Positions 10,988 to 22,900 are shown, counted from the first letter of the whole stretch. The stretch is 61,723 bases of DNA, filler included, from 6 parts of 6 records of this genome joined end to end with filler, not necessarily neighbours in it; one strand, 5' to 3'. Numbers and translations are program-made. Notes: a model not told the origin generated them from the letters alone.

Positions 10988-11010
10988 GGGCGTATGGCGT
11001 CAATACGCCC
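10988..11010. repeat. GC-rich REP-like hairpin / possible terminator of the cyclase gene
   Basis: GGGCGTAT-N7-ATACGCCC in AT-rich DNA near a contig end. Confidence 0.45.
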
Positions 11011-11020
11011 CTGATTTTAT

Positions 11021-14000
11021 TTATTTGCATATCTGATATAACATGCTACAATTTCTTCCATTTTCTTTTCCCAGATATAGAGCCTGATCAGCCCGGTTAA
11101 TGTTCTCATCAATGTTAACAGTGGGATTATATTCTGTTATTCCAAAAGTCATTGTGACATTTAAACATTCGTTTTCTTTAGTTTGGCAAATCATGTTTTC
11201 CAGTTTTTTTCTGAATCTCTCTATGAATAACAGAGCATCCTCTTGTGTAGTATTGGGAAGTATAATTAAAAACTCTTCTCCTCCCCATCTGGCACAAAAA
11301 TCTCCTTTTCTAATTTCTGATTTGATCAAAGACGCTACATTTTTTAGTACTATATCCCCTACTTCATGTCCGTATGTATCATTGAATTTCTTGAAGAAAT
11401 CTATATCAGAAATAATAATGGAAAATGGAGAGTTATGAATGGAGTAACCTGCAATTTCACTCTCTATTTTTTCTCTTGCGCATCTTCTATTAGGAATTGC
11501 TGTTAATGAATCAGTTTTTGATATTTTATCAACTTCGTTTAGAGCAAGTTGAAGTTCCAGATTTTTCTGCTCTATTTCGTTTTTTATTACTTCAAGTTCT
11601 TTGTTTTTTTGGATGATTTTCTGTGATCTGATCTGAACTTGCTCTTCCAGTCTTTTTTTAGCTAATTTAATACTTCTTACACGATATTGATAAATCAAAT
11701 ATAATAGGATCAGTGTTAATAGAAAAATAAACGTTCTAAACCATGTTTTACGCCAATATGGAGGTAAAACAGTTATTTTAATTGCCAATGCCTCGTCTGT
11801 CCAGATTCCATCATTGTTTGCAGCTCTGATTTTAAGAGTAAAGTCACCATCAGGAATATTTGTATATGCTCCAAATCTTCTACTGCCGACATAATTCCAT
11901 TGTTTGTCCAAGCCTTCTAACATATATGCATATTGATTTTTATTACTTTGGATAAAATTTAAACCTGAGAAGTTAAACTCAAAGTAGTTATTACTCCAAT
12001 TTAGAGTAAGGTGATCCAGTTTATCCAGATTGTTATCTTTTAATAGATTATGCCCGTCTTGTTTTAGCGAAGTTAATACAATTGGAGGTTGATAATAGTT
12101 TTTTCTTATATTATTAGGATTAACTATATTGAAACCATTTACCCCGCCAAAATAAAGATTACCGTTTTTGTCTTTAAAATTGGCTCCTTTTATAAATTCA
12201 TTATTTTGTAATCCGTCACTTAAACCATAAGTATCGATTAATGATAATTCATAATTAAATTGCATAATTCCGTTTGTAGTACTAAGCCAAAGCCTAGAGT
12301 GTCTGTCCTCCATAATTGCTGTAATGCTGTCTGATGAAAGTCCGTCCGCTGTAGTAAAGGCTTCAAAAGTCATATCGTCCCTATTGAGTCTGTTAAGACC
12401 TCCTCCAAATGTTCCAATCCATAAATTACCTAATTTATCTTCGTATATATCCGAAATCGAATCAAAACTAATAGAGTTTTTATCTTCTGGCTTACTTTTG
12501 AAAACCTGAAATGAATTTGTTTCTCTGTTATACAGATTTAAACCATTAACAGTTCCAATCCATATATTCCCTCTGCTGTCCTCGAATAATTTCCATGTTT
12601 TGTTAGTTGACAAGTTAGAGTTCTCAGTACTGTAGTGTGTAAAATTCCCGGTTTCAGGATTTAATCTGTTAACTCCCCCGTCCCATGTAGCTATCCATAT
12701 TTCACCAAAACTGTCTTCTGTTATAGCATATACCCTGTCATCACTCAAACTATTATTGTTAAGCAGTTTATTTTTATACATTCTGAAATCATTTGTATCT
12801 TTTTTATAAAGGGCTAATCCGCCATCAGTACCTACCCAAACTCTGTTTTTTGAATCCCTATAGATGCACCGGACTATATTATTTGGTAATGAGTTCATAT
12901 TAATCGGATCGTTTTCAAAATGTATCAATTCATTATTTTCTAATTTGAATTTACTGAGCCCTCCACCAAGAGAGCCTGTCCATATATATCCGTCGTTATC
13001 TTTAATGATGCTTGTAACTATATCATTACTTAGTTTACTGTTTTGGAGTTTTGGTATTTTGATATGTTTGAATAAATTATTTCGCCAAACATATCTGTTA
13101 AGACCGTTCCCCCATGTACCTATCCATACTATGTCAGATCGATCAACTAAAATTGACCATAAAATATTACTTCCCAGAGAATTTGCTTCGTTAGGGTTAT
13201 GAAGATAATTAACAAAATTATCATAATGAAATGAGTATTTTAGAACTCCCCCGTCATATGTTGCAATCCACAGATTATCCATGCTGTCTCGCGAGATACT
13301 TCTAACTGTATTAGTTGTCAGCTCGCTATTATCCTTTGTATAATGAGTGAAACTCTTAGTTTGTTTATTAAATCTATTTAGTCCACCATCCCAAGTTCCT
13401 ATCCATAGATCGTTGTTATGATCCTCATGAATAGTATTTACAGTATTACCTGATAAAAAATATGATTCATCAATTTTATTACTTGAACTTACAAGGTGTG
13501 GATATCTTATTATTTTGTTTTCATTTTCAATATACTGATTTAATCCTTTTCCTTCTGTTCCTATCCAGATGTTACCCTGACTATCTTTAAATAAGACATT
13601 TATCGTATCACTGCTTAGGGAGTTTTCGTCCTCTTCGCGATATCTTAAATATTCGAAATTCTTAGTTTTTTTATTAAGGATATTGATTCCGCCACCATAT
13701 GTTGCTATCCATATATTGCCCTTTGAATCCTCCAGTATTGATTTGATTATGCTGTGATTGATGCTATTCTGCTTGCTTGATGGCAGATAATTCTCAAAAC
13801 GTTCACTTTTTCTGTTGAATTTACTTAGTCCTTTACCTTCTGTTCCTATCCACAGATTTCCTTCGGAATCCTCAAAAATAGTTTGGATAACATTACCAAC
13901 GATACTGTTAGGATCATTGGGATTATTTTTGTAAACTTTGAATTCATAGCCGTCATACCTGTTTAGGCCGTCGTGGGTACCGAACCACATATAACCTATA

Positions 14001-14143
14001 GAATCCTGAAAGATACACAGGATGTTATTTTGTGAAAGACCTTTGTTCGTTGAAATTTGCTCGAAATTAATCTTTTGATTTGCGAAGACTACTAAATTAA
14101 TAAATAAAAAAATAAAATAAAATATACTTGATCTGTACCTCAT
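11021..14143 (-). CDS. Sensor diguanylate cyclase: periplasmic Reg_prop beta-propellers + Y_Y_Y + TM + GGDEF
   Basis: Signal peptide; many ED..GNLWIGT.GGGLN repeats; Y_Y_Y (QYAYMLEG, YTNIPDGDF); TM after PPYWRK; DIDFFKKFNDTYGH, I-site RKGD and RWGGEEF. Confidence 0.92.
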   Translation of the reverse strand: MRYRSSIFYFIFLFINLVVFANQKINFEQISTNKGLSQNNILCIFQDSIGYMWFGTHDGLNRYDGYEFKVYKNNPNDPNSIVGNVIQTIFEDSEGNLWIGTEGKGLSKFNRKSERFENYLPSSKQNSINHSIIKSILEDSKGNIWIATYGGGINILNKKTKNFEYLRYREEDENSLSSDTINVLFKDSQGNIWIGTEGKGLNQYIENENKIIRYPHLVSSSNKIDESYFLSGNTVNTIHEDHNNDLWIGTWDGGLNRFNKQTKSFTHYTKDNSELTTNTVRSISRDSMDNLWIATYDGGVLKYSFHYDNFVNYLHNPNEANSLGSNILWSILVDRSDIVWIGTWGNGLNRYVWRNNLFKHIKIPKLQNSKLSNDIVTSIIKDNDGYIWTGSLGGGLSKFKLENNELIHFENDPINMNSLPNNIVRCIYRDSKNRVWVGTDGGLALYKKDTNDFRMYKNKLLNNNSLSDDRVYAITEDSFGEIWIATWDGGVNRLNPETGNFTHYSTENSNLSTNKTWKLFEDSRGNIWIGTVNGLNLYNRETNSFQVFKSKPEDKNSISFDSISDIYEDKLGNLWIGTFGGGLNRLNRDDMTFEAFTTADGLSSDSITAIMEDRHSRLWLSTTNGIMQFNYELSLIDTYGLSDGLQNNEFIKGANFKDKNGNLYFGGVNGFNIVNPNNIRKNYYQPPIVLTSLKQDGHNLLKDNNLDKLDHLTLNWSNNYFEFNFSGLNFIQSNKNQYAYMLEGLDKQWNYVGSRRFGAYTNIPDGDFTLKIRAANNDGIWTDEALAIKITVLPPYWRKTWFRTFIFLLTLILLYLIYQYRVRSIKLAKKRLEEQVQIRSQKIIQKNKELEVIKNEIEQKNLELQLALNEVDKISKTDSLTAIPNRRCAREKIESEIAGYSIHNSPFSIIISDIDFFKKFNDTYGHEVGDIVLKNVASLIKSEIRKGDFCARWGGEEFLIILPNTTQEDALLFIERFRKKLENMICQTKENECLNVTMTFGITEYNPTVNIDENINRADQALYLGKENGRNCSMLYQICK

Positions 14144-14648
14144 AATTTCCCCTCCGTTTTTACCCCTAATAAAATAGAACCATCAATTCCTTACAATTAA
14201 TATCAATATAGTACAAAAAACATTTTTAGTAAACGCTATACCGAGTATTGGTACCAAAACTAAAAAATAGATACCAAGAATTGTAAAATATGTGCCTATA
14301 TTTTATTGTCTAAATATTTATGTTAATTAAGTGTGAAAGTAGAAAACTATTGAAAATATTGGATTAAATAAAAAATAATCACTATAGAACTAAAGTATAG
14401 GAGATAATTTTTTATTAAAAAAAGGTACCTAATTTTTAAATAACACCTGTAATCTAAACAATGGATACTATTTCCGAAAAAATCGATCTTTAAACAAACA
14501 GATAAGCGAGATATAATATATCGTAAAGTAAAAGTACTCTGAAAAGGTACAAGGTGATTAGTTTAAATACAAAACGACTTCTTAATGGCGTTGTTTAGTC
14601 AGTGAAGGAGTTGGAAGATGATTTTTTATATTTTAAGGAGGATGTTTT

Positions 14649-17078
14649 ATGAAGAAATTATTACTTTTAAGTTTAATTCTATTTTGTTCTTGTTCAACAG
14701 TGGAGAAAGCAGATAAGAACGAAATGGCAGCAACAACTCAGACAGCAAAAGTAGAAACTCAAGAAGTTGTTCCTTTTGAATCAGAAGAGTTAGAAGAGAG
14801 AGAGTTTTATAATGAAAAGTTTGATGAAAAGTGGAATCTAGTTTGGGCAGATGAGTTTAACGGAAAGAGACTAGATCCAAATAAATGGCAATCTCAAACA
14901 GGAAATGGTTTCTGGGCAAATGGAACTTGGATTCAAGGTTGGGGAAATGAAGAACTTGAATTCTATACTGATAGAGAAGAAAACTTAAGATTAGAAGATG
15001 GAATGTTAGTACTTGAAGCTAAAAGAGAAAAATATGAAGGTCAATATGGAGACGGAACAAAAGATTATGAATATACTTCAGGAAAAATAACAAGTAAAGG
15101 TCTTTTTAGTAAAAAATATGGAAGATTTGAAATGAGAGCTAAATTTCCTGTAGGAAAAGGAATATGGCCTGCAATGTGGATGTTAGCAGAAGAGGATATC
15201 TACGGTGGATGGGCATCATCAGGAGAGATAGATATGTTCGAAGGTTGGGGAAGTAAACCTAACACGGTATCTGGAACACTTCATTATGGAAGTACATGGC
15301 CAAGCAATGTTCATACCGGAGATGAGTACGAAGTAGAAACTCCAATCTCAGAATTCCACGACTATGTAGTTGAATGGTTACCTGGTGAGATTAGATGGTA
15401 CATCGACGGAGATCTTTATCAAGTACAAAATGACTGGTATGCAAGAAACAAAGATGAGGCAGTTAACTACACATACCCGGCTCCGTTTGATCAGGACTTC
15501 TACTTCATATTTAACCTTGCAATAGGTGGTTGGTTCGATGGTAATCCTGATGCGAAAACAAAATTCCCTGCAAAAATGGAAGTTGATTATCTAAGAGTAT
15601 ATGACTTAGAGGGTGGATATGATGAAGATATCGCTAAACCTGAAACAGTGAAAGCTGATATTCCATCTAATATAAAACAAGCGGTTAATGGAAACTATAT
15701 ATATAATGGAACATTTGCAGAAGAAAAATCTGAGTGGGCACTTATGAGTCACTTTGGTGGATCAGCAAACTACAGTTTTGAAGATGTAAACGGATCAAAA
15801 CTTCTAAAAGCAGCTATATCAAATGGAGGAGAACAAACATACTCTATACAGGTTATTCAGGAAGCACCGGTAATGAAGGGGCACTGGTATAAACTTACAT
15901 TTGATGCAAAATCAGAAAAAGATAGACAGATTGCTGTAAAAGTAGGTGGAGGAGAGTCAAGAGGATGGAAAGCATACTATGGTAATGATTTCAATCTAAC
16001 AGATTCAGTAAACACGTATTCAGCAGTTTTCCAAATGACTGATGATAGTGATCCAAATGCTAAAGTTGAATTCCAGGCAGGACTTTCAACTCTTGATGTA
16101 TGGTTAGGGAATGTTTCACTTGAAATTGTAGATAATCCTGAAGAAGAGATTAATAACATGGGTAAATTACCATTAGCAAATGGAAATCAAATCTATAACG
16201 GTACTATCGATCAAGGTGAAACTAGCAGAATGCAGTTCTGGATGTTTGATGCAGAAGATGCAGCAACTGTTGGTGTAAACAGTGAAAGACAATTAGTTGT
16301 AGAAGCAGATGGAAACAATGCTGAAGTTTATCAAACTAATTTAGCTTTACTTGAAGATTCAACTTATAAGTTGAAATTTAAAGCTTCAGCTGAAAATGCT
16401 GATACAGTAACAGTTAAATTAACTAATGAAAATGGAACAAAAGTATATGATGCTAAAGAAGTTGAATTAGCTAAAGATGTTAATGAATATAATGTTGAAT
16501 TTAAATATGATGCTCCAACAGATTTAAGTGCAAAATTTGTTATTGATGTATCTGATAATAAAGGTTTAGTTGCATTTGATGACTTCTATATGAAAAAAGC
16601 AGTAGATTATTCTAATATAGAAACAACATTAATTAATGATGAATTCTCAGATAAGAAATCTATAAATAACTGGACTGCATGGATGGGGAAAGAGTATGGA
16701 CATGGTGGAGAATTTGGTTTCTATGTTAGCAAAGGAAAAGCTAAATTATCAGTTAGAGATCTTGGAAATGAATTCTGGAGTAACTTTATATTCCAAAATG
16801 TAAATCTTGTTAAGGGAATTAAATATCAACTTAGTTTTGATATCAGTAGTAGTAGAGAAAGAGAAGTAACGGTTTCACTTGAGAACTCTTCTTATAATAG
16901 AAAAGCAGGTGGAACACTGAAAACGACTAAGAAAAATAGACATGTAGAGTATGAATTCGTTGCAGATAAATCAGAAGAAGTTGGATTAAAATTCCTATTT
17001 GGAAAATATCCAAAAGCTTCTAAAAGAGCACATGATATCTATTTAGATAATGTTAAGTTGGTAGTTGTTCAAGAATAA
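14649..17078 (+). CDS. Lipoprotein GH16 beta-1,3(4)-glucanase with about three CBM4/9-like modules
   Basis: Lipobox (LILFCSC); WADEFNG, GIWPAMWM, catalytic EIDMFE and FNLAIGG; repeated galactose-binding-like modules (IYNGTF..., YKLTFDA). Confidence 0.9.
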   Translation: MKKLLLLSLILFCSCSTVEKADKNEMAATTQTAKVETQEVVPFESEELEEREFYNEKFDEKWNLVWADEFNGKRLDPNKWQSQTGNGFWANGTWIQGWGNEELEFYTDREENLRLEDGMLVLEAKREKYEGQYGDGTKDYEYTSGKITSKGLFSKKYGRFEMRAKFPVGKGIWPAMWMLAEEDIYGGWASSGEIDMFEGWGSKPNTVSGTLHYGSTWPSNVHTGDEYEVETPISEFHDYVVEWLPGEIRWYIDGDLYQVQNDWYARNKDEAVNYTYPAPFDQDFYFIFNLAIGGWFDGNPDAKTKFPAKMEVDYLRVYDLEGGYDEDIAKPETVKADIPSNIKQAVNGNYIYNGTFAEEKSEWALMSHFGGSANYSFEDVNGSKLLKAAISNGGEQTYSIQVIQEAPVMKGHWYKLTFDAKSEKDRQIAVKVGGGESRGWKAYYGNDFNLTDSVNTYSAVFQMTDDSDPNAKVEFQAGLSTLDVWLGNVSLEIVDNPEEEINNMGKLPLANGNQIYNGTIDQGETSRMQFWMFDAEDAATVGVNSERQLVVEADGNNAEVYQTNLALLEDSTYKLKFKASAENADTVTVKLTNENGTKVYDAKEVELAKDVNEYNVEFKYDAPTDLSAKFVIDVSDNKGLVAFDDFYMKKAVDYSNIETTLINDEFSDKKSINNWTAWMGKEYGHGGEFGFYVSKGKAKLSVRDLGNEFWSNFIFQNVNLVKGIKYQLSFDISSSREREVTVSLENSSYNRKAGGTLKTTKKNRHVEYEFVADKSEEVGLKFLFGKYPKASKRAHDIYLDNVKLVVVQE

Positions 17079-17097
17079 AAAAATGAAATACAAATTA

Positions 17098-17125
17098 GTA
17101 TGGGTGTTATTAATAGCACCCGTAC
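17098..17125 (+). other. Intergenic stem-loop without a U-tract (mRNA stabiliser / partial terminator)
   Basis: GTATGGGTGTTAT/ATAGCACCCGTAC stem with G-U pairs on the + strand. Confidence 0.5.
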
Positions 17126-17220
17126 AATAAATAAAATTATTTATAATAACTGAAAAAAATTGTTAATTGATGTTTAAAAACTTATAAGCATTTTTTAACG
17201 ATTAACTTAAAGGAGGAATT

Positions 17221-19098
17221 ATGAAGAAATATCTTACTACAGCGTTTATGCTATTTTCTATTATTGCAACAGCAGAAACCCAGCTAAATATTGGTGGACA
17301 GATATCTGTTGAATTAAATGAATACACAGAGACAGATGGTAATGAATACTACTCAACAAATGGAACTGGTAATATCTTTGGTACTGATGACTGGAAAGGC
17401 TCAACTATGGATAACATAGATGATACAGCTGAAAAATTCCAAGCAACAGTTGATTTAAATATGGAAGCAATTGTTAATGAGGATGTAAAAGTTTACCTTT
17501 CTCTTGAGTCATTGACAGAGAACTTTACAGGTACAACTACAGGAGATGAAGAAACTTCTGTTCAAGAGAGTTCAACTGTTAGAGATAATGAATATCTTTA
17601 TTTAAAAGAATTAAGAGTGGAACTTGATACAGAAATTGCAGAATTTACAATAACAAATGACTTCAACTATAGCTTTAATCCTAGAGTGTTATTTAAGCAA
17701 TTAGATGATAATGATGGAGAACCAATTGCATATGGTGAAGGTATCTATGCAAAAGGAAAAACTGAATTAGTAGATGTACAGGCATTTTTATTCCAGTCAT
17801 CAGATTTAGGTTCTGCTGACGATGATGATCAAGCAGATTATGAATCTGATTACATGGTTTATGGTATCGATGTAGAAAAAGAGTTCAATATTGCAAAGGT
17901 AGGTTTCTTGGCAGTAAATACTCATGATAAAAGTACTGATGTAGAAGGTGACTCATATGATGAAGATAGAGATGTACAACATTATGCAGTTGATGCAGAA
18001 TTTAATCCTTTTGAACTAATAACTGTAAAAGGAGAATATATTACAGCAATTTATGGAGATGACGTTACAGAGGTAGATAATTATATTTCAAATGCATTAA
18101 GTTGGTATACAACTAGTTATGATGTTAGTACTGATGAAGCTAAAGAGGATAATAGTATCTATGAGGGAAGTGTAATAATCAGACCAATGTTAGATGTTGA
18201 AATTACAGCTGGATACAAAAATGTTGGAGAAGATTATTATGCGGTATTAGGAAATTCACATCAAATGAACTATTGGTTCGGAGATGCAGAATTTGATGCA
18301 CATGAGGGGCTAGGATATGAAAAAGGTGCATATGGAAGTATTGCTTATTATATCCCATTCATTCCTATTGATGTTAAAAATACAATTACTTATGAAGATT
18401 TTGAAAATACAAGAAGTGCTGTAAATGATGATGAGGATACTACAACTCAAGAAATTGAAGCCTTATTTGAAATGGGAGATAAAGAAGGTTTTGCTGTTGA
18501 AGCTTCATATAGAAGAAACGAACAGGAAAATGGAGGAACTGGAAGCGTAGATATCCTTAATTACGTATTTAATGACTATAATGCAAATGCTAGTTATAAA
18601 ATGTCGATTGGAGCGAGTGCAACAAATACATTTGCTTTAGACCTAAATTATTATACAGGTCAAGATGAGATATTGGAACAAAACTTCTCAAATGAAAAAA
18701 GATTAAAAGCTTCTTCGATTACTGAATACAAAGTTAATGAAAAGTTAACAGCTAAAGGTATTTATAGATTCGGGATGGCAACAGAAAATAATGATGTAAT
18801 ACAAGATGCCGTTGGAACACAACATATTGTAAAAGCTGGTTTTACATATGCTTTAGCTCATGATTGTACTGTTGATCTTTTCTACAAATATGATGCATAC
18901 AGTTTAGATAGAGAGGCAACAGCTGAAGATTTAGAAAATTCTGTTTATAAAAAAGAAGCTTCTCATCAATGGTATGATGGTGCAGAAAGTTGGCAGCACT
19001 CAGGGGACACTTGGGATGACTGGATGCAGCATGTAACACCTGATTACGATGGTTACATAACTCATGAATTATGTGCAAAATTAACTGTAAAATTCTAA
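17221..19098 (+). CDS. Predicted outer-membrane beta-barrel (porin-like) protein, very acidic
   Basis: SPI signal peptide; many alternating-hydrophobic strands; C-terminal ELCAKLTVKF ending in Phe (beta-signal-like); no TonB plug recognisable. Confidence 0.65.
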   Translation: MKKYLTTAFMLFSIIATAETQLNIGGQISVELNEYTETDGNEYYSTNGTGNIFGTDDWKGSTMDNIDDTAEKFQATVDLNMEAIVNEDVKVYLSLESLTENFTGTTTGDEETSVQESSTVRDNEYLYLKELRVELDTEIAEFTITNDFNYSFNPRVLFKQLDDNDGEPIAYGEGIYAKGKTELVDVQAFLFQSSDLGSADDDDQADYESDYMVYGIDVEKEFNIAKVGFLAVNTHDKSTDVEGDSYDEDRDVQHYAVDAEFNPFELITVKGEYITAIYGDDVTEVDNYISNALSWYTTSYDVSTDEAKEDNSIYEGSVIIRPMLDVEITAGYKNVGEDYYAVLGNSHQMNYWFGDAEFDAHEGLGYEKGAYGSIAYYIPFIPIDVKNTITYEDFENTRSAVNDDEDTTTQEIEALFEMGDKEGFAVEASYRRNEQENGGTGSVDILNYVFNDYNANASYKMSIGASATNTFALDLNYYTGQDEILEQNFSNEKRLKASSITEYKVNEKLTAKGIYRFGMATENNDVIQDAVGTQHIVKAGFTYALAHDCTVDLFYKYDAYSLDREATAEDLENSVYKKEASHQWYDGAESWQHSGDTWDDWMQHVTPDYDGYITHELCAKLTVKF

Positions 19099-19128
19099 TT
19101 AAATCTATTTAAATGGAGGAAAGAAATT

Positions 19129-19893
19129 ATGATAAAAAAATTATTAAGTATTCTTTGTTTAATATCAATGACTATCTTTTTTACGTCATGTACGGACGAA
19201 GGTCAAACAGAAGTTGAAGGTGTGACATTTACCAATAGTTCCAGATTAATGGAAATAGGAGAAGTTTATGAACTATTTGACGAAGTAACTGTTTATCCAA
19301 GCGGTGTTGAATATGATGTAGTAAAATGGCAAAGCTATAACGAAGACGTTGCGACTATTGATAGTACAGGTAGAGTAACAGCAGTATCGAATGGAGCTGC
19401 TACTATAATGCTTTCTGTAAATGGAAATGTAGCAAGTACAAATATTATTGTAGATAAAGCAGGCGAATGGACGTTGTTCTCAAGTGTTTCCGGAGCATCA
19501 ACGACTTACACAATGTGGACAATAAACGAATGGAATGTATCAAATGGAGCTGTAGGAAATCTTACGGAAATTTCACTTGATGGATATGATTCAGTTTTAA
19601 GTATAGAAATTACTGATGCGGGAACATGGGCTCATGCGGCTTTCCCTGGAATTGAAGCAGGAGTATATGAACAAATAAAATTTAAAGTAAGAGCAGATGA
19701 TATTGATGAAATGGTATATATATGGACAGGGACAGAATATACTATAGCAGAGAGTGTTGAGTTAGATAATGATTGGGTTGAAGTTACAATTGATTTTTCT
19801 TCAACTGCTGATAATGTAGTACTGGGACTTGACGGGTCTGCAGGAGATACAATTTACTTTACAGATATAACTTTAATTGATACAGACGCATAG
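19129..19893 (+). CDS. Lipoprotein with Ig-like (Big_2) domain and a putative carbohydrate-binding module
   Basis: Lipobox FFTSC; WQSYNEDVATIDSTGRVTAVSNGAATI; C-terminal WVEVTIDF...IYFTDITL. Confidence 0.75.
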   Translation: MIKKLLSILCLISMTIFFTSCTDEGQTEVEGVTFTNSSRLMEIGEVYELFDEVTVYPSGVEYDVVKWQSYNEDVATIDSTGRVTAVSNGAATIMLSVNGNVASTNIIVDKAGEWTLFSSVSGASTTYTMWTINEWNVSNGAVGNLTEISLDGYDSVLSIEITDAGTWAHAAFPGIEAGVYEQIKFKVRADDIDEMVYIWTGTEYTIAESVELDNDWVEVTIDFSSTADNVVLGLDGSAGDTIYFTDITLIDTDA

Positions 19894-19968
19894 AATATTC
19901 AGAGAGTGTAAGGAGTAATTTTAAAAATAAGTTTTGATTTTATTTAATTATTGAATTTAGGAGGTTTT

Positions 19969-22900
19969 ATGAAAAGAGCAAGAATATCAAAAAAAGCTAA
20001 AAGATTTATTAATTCTTTATTGATTATCGCTGCAACTGTTACATTAACAGCTTGTAGAGATACTGAAACAAGTGAAACAGGGCATACTATAGGGGATGGA
20101 ACTGTTACATTTTCTGGAAGCTTAACAGAAAGTAATGAGAGCTCATCGGTTTTATATGCTACTTCTGGAGATTCAGATTCAGAAGTAGATCAAATGGAGT
20201 ATATTTCAGCAATTCCTACTGATGGAACAACTGATCCAGTTGTTGGAGAAATAAATGATTCTGGTAATTTTGAGATGGTGTTAGAAGCGAATACGAGTTA
20301 TATTTTTAAACTGTTAAATGAATACGGATTACCTGAAAAAGAATTAAATTTTAGCCTGACTTCAGATGCATCTGTGGTTAGTTTAACTGAGGATTTAAAC
20401 CTTACTCTAACAATAGATGAGACAGATAGAGTAGATATAAGCGGAGCCAGTGTAGCATCACAAACAAAAGATAATGTAGATGCAGATATTATTAATACGG
20501 GGCTTATTACTGCTATTCAAGGTGTATTAGAAGCTAATCCTAGTAAAGGAACAATTACACAAGATGAAGATGGAGATTATGTCTTAACACTTAATTTAAC
20601 TAGTTCGGATGACATAACTCAACAAGCAGAATTGACAATTTGCTCAGAAGCTGATACAGATACAGAAGCAGGAGATTTAAACTTTGATGAAACTGAAGGG
20701 GTAAAAGTAACAGCAATAACAGCAACAGGAACAGTTACAGAGAATTATACAATTGATTCAGATGAAGATGCATTAAATACTTTTATAGCTGTAGAAGAAA
20801 TAGCAGAAGAAGTAGCAGAGGCTCCTGAAACAGCTGAAGCAGCATTTGATGATGCTGCGATAGAGACGAAAAAGGAAGAAATAAGTGAAGAAAGAGAAGC
20901 AGATGAGTTATTACCAGAAGGTGAATGGAGTTTAGTTTGGTCAGATGAATTTAATGGAACGAGTATAGATACATCTGTCTGGACTTATGAAACTGGTTAC
21001 GGAGATAACGGCTGGGGTAATGGAGAATGGCAAAACTATACCAATAGTTCTGATAATTCGTATATAGAAGATGGAAACCTTGTAATTAAGGTAAAAGTAG
21101 ATGGAACTGCAGCAGAAAGAGATGGAAGTGTTACTTCTGCTAGAATGATTTCACGGGATAAATATGAGTTTACATATGGTAAAGTTCAAGCTCGTGTTAA
21201 AGTACCAACAGGTCAGGGAATTTGGCCGGCATTCTGGATGTTAGGTGCAAACTACGAAAGTGCAGGTTGGCCAGAATGTGGAGAGATAGATATCATGGAA
21301 AAAATCGGTGGAAGTGATGAAAAAGAAAAAACAGCTCATGGAACTGTTCACTTAACAGGTGCAAGTGGTTCAGGAAGTTTAGGAGGAAGCACAACTATTT
21401 CTGAATATCTTTCAAATGATTATCACGTATATGAAGTTGAATGGTATGAAGATTTAATTATCTGGAAATTAGATGGTGAAGAGTATCATAGGCAGGATAT
21501 GACTGAGTCAAATTTTGATTCTTTTGAAAATTCATTCTTCTTACTATTAAATGTAGCAGTTGGAGGTAATTGGCCAGGATCACCTGATTCAACAACTGTA
21601 TACCCTCAGGAAATGTTAGTAGATTTTATAAGAGTTTACCAAGGTGGAAATGAAAATAGTGAATTTGACTATAGTGAAATAACAGATACAGATGACAATG
21701 GAGACGACAATACTGTTACATTCCAGTTGATAGGTTCATCAACAGACTATAGTGTAGGTGCTGAAGATGGAAGTAGTGTAAGTATGTCAGCTGAAACTTA
21801 TAATGGTGAAGAAGTTGTTGCTATTGATTATAGCTCTATGGGAGCTTGGGGGGGAGGATATTTTGCTCCTTCAGAAGGAACAGCAGCAGAAGATTTAACT
21901 TCTTATTCAGATGGGCAGATAGTATTTACTGTTGATTATTCAGAGTTAAGTGACTTAACGAATCTTGGCGTAAAAGTAGCATCAGGGATATATCCGGATG
22001 AAGTAGGTGGAGAAATTAACTTACTTTCGTTAACACCTGTTTCAACTGATGGAAATTGGAATACATTTGAAGTACCATTGGCTAATTTTACATCATTAGG
22101 TTCAGAAGCAGATTACTCAGCTCTGACAACTTACTTAGGATTCTGGAATCCAAATGACAAAACTGGTAAAATTTACTTGAAAGATGTTTATTTTGAGACG
22201 GATAGTAATGGAGATTCTGGAGATGATGATGACGATACAGGAAGTATAGCAATAACTTTTGAAGGTGGAGCGACATCAGCAACTATGGAAATTGGAGATA
22301 CATTAGTAATTCCAGGACCAGTTGTAACGAATAGTGATGGTACAACAGATGCTTTAGCACCAACAGCAATAGAGTGGACATCAAGTGACTCGTCAGTTGC
22401 AGATGTAAATGTAGCATTTTGGATGGAAGCTTACGGAGCAGGAACTGCAACAATAACTGGAACATATAACGGAATTTCAAGTACTTTAGAGGTAACAGTA
22501 AATGGTTCGGATGATGGTGGAGACGATGACGATGACGATAATGATAACTCGGACATATCTGGTACAGGATTATTAAGTTATGACGATTTCACATTTCCTA
22601 CAAATACAGGTTCTACATATGCAGTAGAAAATGGAGTAATAACATATACAGTAACAGAACTTGGTGGTCAATGGGACAATCAAATTCTAAATGAAGTATC
22701 GATTACAGCAGAAGGAGACTACTTAGCTAAATTTACTGCGAGTTCATCGGTAGATAGAGATTTGTTGTTTAGAATTGATAAAATAGGTTGTGTTGGAACA
22801 AGTGGTGATAATATTATTAGTTTGACAAGTACACCAACAGAATATAGTATAAATGTTACTGATGTTTCGGCAATAGCAGATGGAAAACTAAAAATAGTTA

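Noticed and set aside
11900-14050. Periodic ATCCA/CCAAAT-type repeats
   Set aside because: They encode the WIGT blades of the beta-propeller.
14144-14648. c-di-GMP riboswitch between the cyclase and the GH16 operon
   Set aside because: Looked for the GEMM core (GGCAAA...GAAA...GACGCAAA) and did not find it on either strand.
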